A DNA stretch of 64,000 bases, from the NCBI GenBank assembly GCA_030697825.1, contig JAUYOW010000214.1, positions 548 through 64,547 on the forward strand. Reading direction: 5' to 3'. This document shows positions 1-7,934 of this stretch, in pieces. The notes under the pieces are model-generated. The model did not search any database. It was not told the origin of the DNA and saw nothing but the letters and a program-made list of their open reading frames with translations. Within the stretch, counting starts at the first letter, position 1; the number at the start of each line of letters is the position of its first letter. Source of the stretch: Gemmatimonadales bacterium. Lineage in GTDB: Bacteria > Gemmatimonadota > Gemmatimonadetes > Gemmatimonadales > JACORV01. The translations under genes were made by a program, and so were the position numbers.

Positions 1-1
1 G

Positions 2-1243
2 GAGCGGCTCGCCCTGGACAAGTTCCGGGCCAAGTACCTCGGGAAGCCGTTCCCGGTCCACCCGACGTTCTTCCTCGGCGAAATCGCCCTGTTCAGCTTC
101 GTGGTGCTGGTGCTGACCGGGCTGTACCTCGCGCTGTTCTACGAGCCGTCGACGGAGATGGTGACTTCCGGCACCGTCACGGCGCCTGCCGCGTACGTGA
201 GCGTGCTGCTCATCGACGCTCACCCGCTCGGGGTGTTGATCAGGCGCATCCATCACTGGGCCGCGCACCTGATGATCGCGTCGGTGGGTCTGCACTTGGC
301 GCGGGTGTTCTTCACCGCGGCGTACCGCAAGCCGCGCGAGGTGAACTGGCTGCTGGGCCTGGCGCTGTTCGCCGGGACCATAGGGACGTCATTCGCGGGC
401 TACCTGCTGCCGTACGACCAGTTCTCGGTGACGGCCACCGCGATCGGCTACGGCATCGCGCGCTCGGCGCCGTGGGTAGGGGGGACGATCGCCGACTTCC
501 TGTTCGCCGGGCAGTTCCCCTCGCCGAGCACGGTCCCGCGCTTCTACGGCTACCACGTGGTCTTCGCGCCGCTGGTGCTCAGCGCGCTGATCGGTCTGCA
601 CCTGGTGATCGTGCTCAAGCAAAAGCACACCGAGTGGCCGAGGGTCGGCGCCGAACCGCCGCCCAAGGATGCCGGCCTGATCGCCGGGGTGCCCGCGTGG
701 CCCGGGCAGACGGTGCTGATGGTGGTCCTGTTCCTGATGCTGCTGGCGGCGCTGGCCACCCTGTCCGGCTTCCTCCCGGTTCATCCGACCGCCTACTTCG
801 GGCCGCCCCAGCCGGTGACGCCCGAGGTCAAGCCGGACTGGTACCTCATGTGGGTCTATGGCGCGCTGCGGATGATTCCGGGCGACATCAGCATTCACGT
901 GCTGGGAACCACGATCGGGTCGGAGGCTATCGGAGCGATGCTGGTGCCCGGCATCCTGGCCACGATCATCGTGCTGGTGCCATGGCTCGATCGCGCGCCG
1001 TCCTCGCTGTACTACGCCGAGAGCCCGCTCCGGAGCCCCGGACGGCTGGCCTTCGGGCTCGGCGGCATCACGCTGTTCCTCGCGCTTACGCTCGCGGGGT
1101 TCAGTGGCGAGCTCAAGCTGAGCACCCCGGTGCTGTGGATCGTCGCCGTGGTTGCACCACTCGCGGTCGGCTGTGCCACTTACGTGCTGGCTAAGCGCCG
1201 GCACGCGGCCGACGCATCGTCTCACTCAGGGAGGGATAGATGA
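2..1243 (+). CDS. cytochrome b of a bc-type complex (b6-like N-part and subunit-IV-like C-part in one polypeptide); 5' end lies outside the window
   Basis: Frame is open back to position 2 (ERLALDKFRAKYLGKPFPVHPTFFLGEIALFSF...). Haem-ligand helix RRIHHWAAHLMIASVGLHL. C-terminal PEVKPDWYLMWVYGALR motif. Many TM helices. Confidence 0.9.
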   Translation, partial: ERLALDKFRAKYLGKPFPVHPTFFLGEIALFSFVVLVLTGLYLALFYEPSTEMVTSGTVTAPAAYVSVLLIDAHPLGVLIRRIHHWAAHLMIASVGLHLARVFFTAAYRKPREVNWLLGLALFAGTIGTSFAGYLLPYDQFSVTATAIGYGIARSAPWVGGTIADFLFAGQFPSPSTVPRFYGYHVVFAPLVLSALIGLHLVIVLKQKHTEWPRVGAEPPPKDAGLIAGVPAWPGQTVLMVVLFLMLLAALATLSGFLPVHPTAYFGPPQPVTPEVKPDWYLMWVYGALRMIPGDISIHVLGTTIGSEAIGAMLVPGILATIIVLVPWLDRAPSSLYYAESPLRSPGRLAFGLGGITLFLALTLAGFSGELKLSTPVLWIVAVVAPLAVGCATYVLAKRRHAADASSHSGRDR

Positions 1244-1584
1244 ACCGACTGGTTGTCATTACCACGGCCGTCGCGGCACTGGCGTTCGGCGCCGGCAAGC
1301 TCGCCGCTCAGGCGCCCGATGGCGCTGCGCTCTACACCCGCAATTGCGTGACCTGCCACGGGGCCACCGGCGTACCGAACCCGGTCATGGTGCGGTCGCT
1401 CGGCGCCATCCCGGACCTCAGCGACGCTCGCGCCATGGCTGCGAAGGCGGACAGCTCCTTGATCGGCGCGGTCGCGAACGGAGTCGGCCGCAAGATGCCC
1501 GCCTACGGCACGCGCCTGACGGGAGAGCAGATCCGGGCCATCGTGACGCATCTGCGCACCCTGAGCCGGCGACCGTCCCCGTAG
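1240..1584 (+). CDS. monohaem class-I c-type cytochrome, secreted
   Basis: ATGA overlap with the cytochrome b stop. Signal peptide MNRLVVITTAVAALAFGAGKLAAQA. Single CVTCH haem motif plus a distal Met region (RKMPAYG). Confidence 0.8.
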   Translation: MNRLVVITTAVAALAFGAGKLAAQAPDGAALYTRNCVTCHGATGVPNPVMVRSLGAIPDLSDARAMAAKADSSLIGAVANGVGRKMPAYGTRLTGEQIRAIVTHLRTLSRRPSP

Positions 1585-1600
1585 CTGCGAGGAGTGAGAG

Positions 1601-2368
1601 GTGTTCGGCCGGTCTCGGGAATGGCGGGGTTGGCGCGCGGTCCCACAGCAGGTCCGGCGCCTGGCCGTCGCGTTCGCACTGGTGGCGGTCGCGTTCCTGA
1701 CCGCACGGCGGCTCTTCGTTCCCGCGACCTTCGGAGAGCGGGGGCACTATCGCGCCTCCGCGGTGGACACGATCCTGGCCAGCGAGATCCGCTACGCGGG
1801 CCATGAGGCGTGTGAGACGTGTCACGCTCCCGTCGCCGAGAAGAAGAGCCAGTCGTACCATCGCGGCGTGGCCTGCGAGGTGTGCCACGGCCCCCAGGCA
1901 GCCCACGTGTCCGCGCCGCTCGACAACAAGCCACCCGCGCCGCGCACCCGTGCGTATTGCCCGCTGTGCCACGGCTACAACCCGTCTCGCCCAACCGGCT
2001 TCCCGCAGATCGACCCGGCACTCCACAACCCGGTGCGGCCGTGCATCACGTGTCACGACCCGCACGACCCGACGCCGCCCCGTCCTCCGGAGAGCTGCGC
2101 GGCCTGCCACGGGCAGATCGCCCGCACCAAGGCCGTGTCCTACCACGCTCAGTTGCCGTGCACGCAGTGCCACGAGGCTGACCCGCGTCACGTGGTATCG
2201 CCGCGGCAGGTGCGACCGACCAAACCGAGCACCCGCGAGTTCTGCGGCCAGTGCCATGCGCAGGGCGCCGCGAGTGCGCCGGAGATCCCTCGCATAGACC
2301 TGGAGACGCACAACCGCGGCTACGTGTGCTGGCAATGCCACTATCCGCACCACCCCGAGGCGCGGTGA
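1601..2368 (+). CDS. octahaem c-type cytochrome with N-terminal membrane anchor
   Basis: GTG start preceded by GAGGAG. TM segment LAVAFALVAVAFLTA. Eight CXXCH motifs (CETCH, CEVCH, CPLCH, CITCH, CAACH, CTQCH, CGQCH, CWQCH). Confidence 0.85.
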   Translation: MFGRSREWRGWRAVPQQVRRLAVAFALVAVAFLTARRLFVPATFGERGHYRASAVDTILASEIRYAGHEACETCHAPVAEKKSQSYHRGVACEVCHGPQAAHVSAPLDNKPPAPRTRAYCPLCHGYNPSRPTGFPQIDPALHNPVRPCITCHDPHDPTPPRPPESCAACHGQIARTKAVSYHAQLPCTQCHEADPRHVVSPRQVRPTKPSTREFCGQCHAQGAASAPEIPRIDLETHNRGYVCWQCHYPHHPEAR

Positions 2369-3174
2369 TGCCCGGACGACCCCTCACTCTGGACCAAGTG
2401 CCGGTGGCCGGGCCCGCCGCTCCGGACCGGCGCGGCTTTCTCAAGGCCGCGGCGGCGGCGGTGCCGACGGTGCTGCTCGGGCTCGGGCAGGGAAGCGAGG
2501 CGGGAACCCAGCAGGAGGAAGGCCCGGTCCCGTACGATTCCCGCCAGCACTACTACGGCATGGGCATCGACGTGAACAAGTGCATCGGGTGCGGCCGCTG
2601 CGTGGAGGCGTGCGCGGCCGAGAACGACGTGCCGCGCGACGGGCACCATTTCCGCACCTGGGTGGAGCGCTACGTCATCACTGCTGACGGCGAGGCTGTG
2701 GTGGAAAGCCCGAACGGCGGGATCGAGGGCTTCTCAGGCGAGGTCGGCGAGCACGATGCGCTGCGGACCTTCTTCGTGCCGAAGCTGTGCAACCACTGCG
2801 CCAATCCGCCCTGCGTCCAGGTGTGCCCGGTGGGCGCGACGTTCACCACCGAGGACGGCGTGGTGCTGGTGGACGAGGACTGGTGCATCGGGTGCCGGTA
2901 CTGCATCCAGGCGTGCCCGTACGGGGCGCGGTTCCTGCACCCCACCAGGCGCGTCGCCCAAAAGTGCACCTTCTGCTACCACCGGATCGTGCAGGGCCTA
3001 TTGCCGGCCTGCGTCGAGGTGTGCCCTACCGGAGCGCGGATCTTCGGGGAGGTCCAGCGGCTCAGCACCCCGCTGGGGCGCTTCATGCGCTTCAACGAGA
3101 TCCAGGTGCTCAAGCCGTACCTGAACACCAAGCCCAAAGTGTTCTACGCCAACCTGGACGGAGAAGTGCGGTAG
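2368..3174 (+). CDS. NrfC/DsrO/HmcB-like 4x[4Fe-4S] ferredoxin subunit with Tat signal
   Basis: Start overlaps the upstream stop (TGATG). Twin-arginine motif DRRGFLKAAAAA. Cys clusters CIGCGRCVEAC, CNHCANPPCVQVCP, CIGCRYCIQACP and CTFCYHR...CVEVCP. Confidence 0.85.
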   Translation: MPGRPLTLDQVPVAGPAAPDRRGFLKAAAAAVPTVLLGLGQGSEAGTQQEEGPVPYDSRQHYYGMGIDVNKCIGCGRCVEACAAENDVPRDGHHFRTWVERYVITADGEAVVESPNGGIEGFSGEVGEHDALRTFFVPKLCNHCANPPCVQVCPVGATFTTEDGVVLVDEDWCIGCRYCIQACPYGARFLHPTRRVAQKCTFCYHRIVQGLLPACVEVCPTGARIFGEVQRLSTPLGRFMRFNEIQVLKPYLNTKPKVFYANLDGEVR

Positions 3175-3188
3175 CGAGGGGAGGCCGA

Positions 3189-4406
3189 TTGCAGGGCTAC
3201 ATCTATCCGAACGAGTACGAGCTGCACTGGGGCCTCCTGGTCGCCGTCTACCCCTACCTGACGGGTCTGGTGGCCGGGGCGTTCATCCTCGCGTCGTTGG
3301 CGAGGGTGTTCAACATGACCGAAGTGCAGCCCACGTACCGACTCTCGCTGCTTGCGGCGCTCGCCTGGCTGATCGCCGCCCCGCTGCCCCTGCTCGCCCA
3401 CCTCGGGCACCCGGAGCGCTCGTTCGAGATCTTCCTCACCCCGAACGTCCGCTCGGCGATGGCCATGTTCGGCTTCGTGTACGCCTGGTATCTGATGGTG
3501 GTCCTGCTGCTCGAGATCTGGTTCGACTACCGCAAGGACCTCGTCGTCTGGTCCCGGGGGGCGTCCGGCGTCCTGGCCCTGGTCCGGCGCGTGATGACCC
3601 TAGGCGCGAGCGACTTGTCGGACCGTGCCCTGCGCTTCGACCGTTCGGCGGGCAAGCTCATCACGATTATCGGCATCCCGTCGGCGTTTCTGCTGCACGG
3701 CTACGTAGGGTTCATCTTCGGGTCGGTGAAGGCCAATCCGTGGTGGAGCAGCGTGCTGATGCCGGTGGTGTTCCTGTTCTCGGCGATGGTCTCCGGCATC
3801 GCGCTCATGCTGCTGCTCTTCATGGTGACGAGCATGCTGCGCTCCAAGCCGGTGGACATGCGTTGCGCGGACAAGCTCGCGAGTCTGCTGTTCTATGCCC
3901 TCATCGTGGACTTCTCCCTGGAGATGCTCGACTTCACCCAGCGGCTGTACGAGGCGGAGGAATCGATCACGATTCTGGCGAGCATGCTTAAGAGCCGCCT
4001 GGTGCTCAGCCTGATCGTGCTCCAGGTGTCCCTCGGCACGATCGTGCCCTTGGTGGCGCTGGCCGCGGTGGCTCCGACCGTGAGGAAAGAGGGACTGGTG
4101 AAGACGCCGGAGGAGCTGCGGCGGCTGATCTACTTCATGGTGGGCGTGCTCATCCAGATCGGCATCTTCAGCACCCGCTGGAACGTGGTGATCGGCGGAC
4201 AGTTGTTCTCCAAGAGCCTGCGGGGTCTCACGGTGTACAAGGTCGAGCTCCTCGGCCTGGATGGCATCCTGATGGCGACGGCAATCCTCCTGCTGCCGTT
4301 CGTCATCCTCTATGTGCTGATCAAGCTGCTGCCTCCGTGGCCCGAAGCGGAGGCAGCCATGCCGGCGCAGGGAGCGGAGGCGCAGCCGATGGCTCAGGCA
4401 TCATGA
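3189..4406 (+). CDS. NrfD/PsrC-like polytopic membrane (quinone-interacting) subunit
   Basis: TTG start 5 nt after GGGGAGG. About 8-10 hydrophobic helices. Lies directly after the NrfC-like gene, the gene order typical of NrfCD/PsrBC-type modules. Confidence 0.8.
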   Translation: MQGYIYPNEYELHWGLLVAVYPYLTGLVAGAFILASLARVFNMTEVQPTYRLSLLAALAWLIAAPLPLLAHLGHPERSFEIFLTPNVRSAMAMFGFVYAWYLMVVLLLEIWFDYRKDLVVWSRGASGVLALVRRVMTLGASDLSDRALRFDRSAGKLITIIGIPSAFLLHGYVGFIFGSVKANPWWSSVLMPVVFLFSAMVSGIALMLLLFMVTSMLRSKPVDMRCADKLASLLFYALIVDFSLEMLDFTQRLYEAEESITILASMLKSRLVLSLIVLQVSLGTIVPLVALAAVAPTVRKEGLVKTPEELRRLIYFMVGVLIQIGIFSTRWNVVIGGQLFSKSLRGLTVYKVELLGLDGILMATAILLLPFVILYVLIKLLPPWPEAEAAMPAQGAEAQPMAQAS

Positions 4407-4810
4407 CTTCGCTCGCGCAGCGCAGCCTCGCGCTCGCCGCTCTGATCCTCGCGTGCGGAACCGGGCCGGCGAGCGCCCAGCGGCCTCAGCCGCCTAGGAT
4501 GCCACACCGGCCCGCCGGCAAGGAGCAGTGCCTGACGTGTCACGGGCCCGGAGCGAACCAGCACGTCCGGAGCACGCCGGCCAACCATCCGTACGGCGCG
4601 ACGGCATGCCCGATGTGCCATCGACCGAGCGAGACGCCGCCGCCGAACATCCCGCACCCCCTCGAGGAAGCGATGACGGATTGCCGCACCTGCCACGTCC
4701 CCGACGCGCCGCCGGGCGTCCCAACTCCCCCGGCGTCGCACGCCTCCTATGACGTATCCATCTGCCGGATGTGCCATGAGCCGGGCACGCCGCCTCCGCC
4801 GTCACGGTAG
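4403..4810 (+). CDS. tetrahaem c-type cytochrome lipoprotein
   Basis: ATGA overlap with the NrfD-like stop. Lipobox LILAC-G. Four CXXCH motifs (CLTCH, CPMCH, CRTCH, CRMCH). Pro-rich linkers. Confidence 0.8.
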   Translation: MTSLAQRSLALAALILACGTGPASAQRPQPPRMPHRPAGKEQCLTCHGPGANQHVRSTPANHPYGATACPMCHRPSETPPPNIPHPLEEAMTDCRTCHVPDAPPGVPTPPASHASYDVSICRMCHEPGTPPPPSR

Positions 4811-4878
4811 CGTCGGGCGGCTGACGCACCCGCTCGGCGGCGGCCGCATCCCGGCCGATCGCCCGGACTGGAACCCAA

Positions 4879-6546
4879 TTGTTAGATTCGCGTATGGTGC
4901 GACTCCTCTCCTGGGCCCTGCAACAGTGGCGGCGGACCGCGCTACGGTGGCGGGTCACTCTGGTGCTCCTGCTCTCGGCGACGCTCATCGGCTCGTCGGC
5001 GGCCGGCTACCGCCAGTGGAACTACATGCAGCACGACAACCGTTTCTGCACGTCGTGCCACTTGATGCAGGATCCCTTCGAGCGCTTCAACCGGAGCGCC
5101 CACGCGCAGCTCGAGTGCCACAGCTGCCACAAGGCGACGCTGAAAGCGCAGATGCGCCAGCTCTACCTCACGATGGTCGAGCGCCCGACGTCCATCGGCG
5201 GACACGCCGACGTGCCGAACAAGGTGTGCGCGGCCTGCCACATCAGGGGCGACTCCACCCGGTGGCGGATCATCGCCACGACCGCCGGTCACCGCGTGCA
5301 CCTGGAGTCGAAGGCTCCCGCGCTGCGCGGCATGCGGTGCGTCGCCTGCCACGGCGTGACCGTGCACGAGTTCGCGTCGGTGGACCGGACGTGCGGCCAG
5401 TCCGGGTGCCACGCCGCCAACCTGATTCGGCTGGGCGGAATGGGCCAGGCGAGCGAGCTGCACTGCACGACCTGTCACAACTTCCTCGCCGAGGCCCGCA
5501 CGGTGGAGGTGGACTCGCTCGGCCAGCCGTTGACGCCGGCCGCGGCGCAGTGCCTTTCCTGCCACTCCATGCAGGAGCGGATGGTCAACCTGGACGTGGC
5601 GCGCGATCCCCATGGAGGAGTGTGCGGTGACTGCCACAACCCCCACACCCAGACGTCGCCGCGGCAAGTGACTTGCGCGAGCGCGAGCTGCCACGCGGAC
5701 TGGCGCTCCCTGGGATTCCACGTGGGGGTGGCGCACCCCGAGCGCTGCACGACCTGCCACCTGCCTCACTCGTGGCGGGTCGAAGGGCAGAACTGCCTGA
5801 GGTGCCATGCCGACATCGGGCGCCAATCGCCGAGCCGGCCGCGCGCCGCGCCGGCCCGGCGTTCGGCGCTGCGGGTGAGGGGGGCGGTCCTGGACCTGGC
5901 CTCGGCGGCGGATCCCGCGTCGGTGTTCGCCATGCTTCAACTGGCGCAAGGCGGCGCGCGCGACTTGCCACGCTTCTCCCACGGTGATCACCGCGGCCAG
6001 ACCTGCGCCAGCTGCCACTCCAGCCGGGTGCGGCACGGCGAGCTGATGGTGCGCGCCACCGCCGACTGCCAGCGCTGCCACCACGCCGGTCCGGACCGGC
6101 AGCAGTGCGCGAGCTGCCACGCGCCGATGGACCTCCGCCGGGTGGCCGCCGCGGAGCCACGGTCCTTCCGCCTGTTGGCGAGCCGCGCGACCGTCACCCG
6201 ACGTCTCCCGTTCGACCATCAGCGGCACACGGCGGTCATGTGCGCCCAATGCCACTCGAACCCGATGAGCCGGGCGCCAGAGAGTGCCGACTGCGCCTCA
6301 TGCCATGCCAGCCACCACCGGTCCGCCGCCAACTGCGTCGCCTGCCACGCCGGGGCCAATCCGCTCGCGTCGCACCGCGCGGCTGACCACGCGACCTGCG
6401 CCACGGCGTCGTGCCACGGTGAGCGCGCCGCGGCGCTTCCCGCGTCGCGCGAGGCCTGTCTGATGTGCCACACCGGCCAGACCCGGCACTTGCCGGGCCG
6501 CAACTGCGAGCAATGCCACCGGGTCACGGCGGCGGGCAGCCGATGA
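4879..6546 (+). CDS. NapC/NirT/NrfH-type membrane-anchored giant multihaem cytochrome c (17 CXXCH plus 3 CX4CH)
   Basis: N-terminal TM helix VTLVLLLSATLIGSSAAG followed at once by CTSCH...CHSCH...CAACH...CVACH (a NapC-like tetrahaem head), then 13 more CXXCH. CGQSGCH, CASASCH and CATASCH are CX4CH candidates. Start is TTG 4879 or ATG 4894. Confidence 0.85.
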   Translation: MLDSRMVRLLSWALQQWRRTALRWRVTLVLLLSATLIGSSAAGYRQWNYMQHDNRFCTSCHLMQDPFERFNRSAHAQLECHSCHKATLKAQMRQLYLTMVERPTSIGGHADVPNKVCAACHIRGDSTRWRIIATTAGHRVHLESKAPALRGMRCVACHGVTVHEFASVDRTCGQSGCHAANLIRLGGMGQASELHCTTCHNFLAEARTVEVDSLGQPLTPAAAQCLSCHSMQERMVNLDVARDPHGGVCGDCHNPHTQTSPRQVTCASASCHADWRSLGFHVGVAHPERCTTCHLPHSWRVEGQNCLRCHADIGRQSPSRPRAAPARRSALRVRGAVLDLASAADPASVFAMLQLAQGGARDLPRFSHGDHRGQTCASCHSSRVRHGELMVRATADCQRCHHAGPDRQQCASCHAPMDLRRVAAAEPRSFRLLASRATVTRRLPFDHQRHTAVMCAQCHSNPMSRAPESADCASCHASHHRSAANCVACHAGANPLASHRAADHATCATASCHGERAAALPASREACLMCHTGQTRHLPGRNCEQCHRVTAAGSR

Positions 6547-7934
6547 CGATGCGTGCGCCGCGGGCTCGGCTGGTCAGCATGGCGCTCGGCGCCCTGGTGG
6601 TCGCGGCGAGTTCGGCCGACGGCCAATCGGTTCGCGTCCGATCCTCGACCACCGCCCGCTACGTCCAGCTTCAGCCTATCCGTTACGACACCGATTCCGG
6701 CGCCTTCCTGCCGCTTCCCGTCACCTACGCGGCGCCCATCACCCAGGACGTCGAGCTGTCGGTGTGGGGGCTCGGCGTTCCGGGGCTCCGGGCATACGCC
6801 CTGCTCCGCGGCCGCGCGGCGCTGGGCTCAGAGCTGGTGTGGCCGAGGTCCGACGACCGTTTCGACGCGCTGGAGGCCTTCGTTGAACTGGAGCGTCCGC
6901 TGTACCGGATCCGCGCCGGACGGCAGCATCGGGCGTCGGGTCTCGGCTGGTATGCGTTCGACGGGGTGAGCGCCACCTGGCGTCCGCGCCCCACCGTGCG
7001 CACCGAATGGTACGGCGGGCGCGGCTTCACCCGAGGGTTCCTCGAGCCGCTGGGCAGCGGGGCCCTGCGGTCGCTCGATCCCCTGCGTCCCGAACAGAGC
7101 ACCATCCTTCTGGGCGCATCCCTGTGGGCGGCGCCGACGTCCGCCAGCGCCGTAACGGCGATCTACCAGCGCGAGATTCTCAGCGACCGGAGCGGTCTGG
7201 TGTCGGAACGCGCCGCCATCGACGCGCGGATCGGTGTCGGCTCGCGGCTGGTGCTGACGGCCGCGGCGGACGCGGACCTGGCTCTCGAGACTTGGGGCCG
7301 GGCGCGGGCGAGCGCCCTGGTGAGGCTGGGCCGGCGCAGCTTCCTGGAGATCGAAGGGTTCCGCTACAAGCCACTGCTGGATCTCACCACCATCTGGGGC
7401 GTGTTCTCACCGGAAGCGCACCGCGGCGTTGCCGTCAGCGCGCGCCTGGCCCCGACCCGGAGCGTAGCACTGTCGACGTCGTACATCTACCGGCGCTACG
7501 AGCCTTTGACCCGCGGGACGCCGTTCCTCCTCGACGTGGACGACGAGGCGCAGCAGCTCACGGCCGGTGCGCGCTACGCCATCGGCGACGTGGTCGTGGA
7601 AGGAACCTATCGCCTGCAGTTCGGCTTCGGCGGCGCCCAGAGCGGCGGCGACGCGGCGCTGGCCTGGGCGCCGCCGGATGGCTGGCGCGCCGGGCTCCGC
7701 GGGACTGCCTTCCAGCAGGAGGAGGCGTTCCGGGTCGCCGATGGCACGGTGTACGGCGTCGGCCTCGACGCGAGTGGACGGCTGGGCGATCGCGCCAGGC
7801 TGCGCGCCGAGCTGATGCGCTACCTGCATCGGCCCACAGGACAGAGCGCGGTGAACTGGTCGCAGACGCGGGCCCTGCTCGGCTTCGAGTTCTGGATCGG
7901 GGCCAACCCCGACCGGCCTGGGGCGTACCGGTGA
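6543..7934 (+). CDS. predicted outer-membrane beta-barrel (porin-like) protein
   Basis: ATGA overlap with the upstream stop. Signal peptide MTMRAPRARLVSMALGALVVAASSADGQ. No Cys/haem motifs. Repeated about 10-residue alternating hydrophobic/polar stretches (e.g. RLVLTAAADADLALE, VVVEGTYRLQFGF, TVYGVGLDASGRL, ALLGFEFW). The assignment is structural inference only. Confidence 0.5.
   Translation: MTMRAPRARLVSMALGALVVAASSADGQSVRVRSSTTARYVQLQPIRYDTDSGAFLPLPVTYAAPITQDVELSVWGLGVPGLRAYALLRGRAALGSELVWPRSDDRFDALEAFVELERPLYRIRAGRQHRASGLGWYAFDGVSATWRPRPTVRTEWYGGRGFTRGFLEPLGSGALRSLDPLRPEQSTILLGASLWAAPTSASAVTAIYQREILSDRSGLVSERAAIDARIGVGSRLVLTAAADADLALETWGRARASALVRLGRRSFLEIEGFRYKPLLDLTTIWGVFSPEAHRGVAVSARLAPTRSVALSTSYIYRRYEPLTRGTPFLLDVDDEAQQLTAGARYAIGDVVVEGTYRLQFGFGGAQSGGDAALAWAPPDGWRAGLRGTAFQQEEAFRVADGTVYGVGLDASGRLGDRARLRAELMRYLHRPTGQSAVNWSQTRALLGFEFWIGANPDRPGAYR

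Noticed and set aside
1601-4810. Assignment of the multihaem/FeS/NrfD/cytochrome c genes as Alternative Complex III (ActABCDEF).
   Set aside because: The FeS subunit is only 268 aa, with no molybdopterin-like ActB1 part. There is a single NrfD-like gene rather than ActC plus ActF, no ActD, an octahaem rather than pentahaem first subunit, and a tetrahaem rather than monohaem lipoprotein.
7007-7930. N-terminal 308 aa of ORF 7007-9346.
   Set aside because: It overlaps the barrel gene in another frame and is Arg/Gly-rich nonsense. The signal peptide and first haem motif follow GTG 7931, which overlaps the barrel stop.
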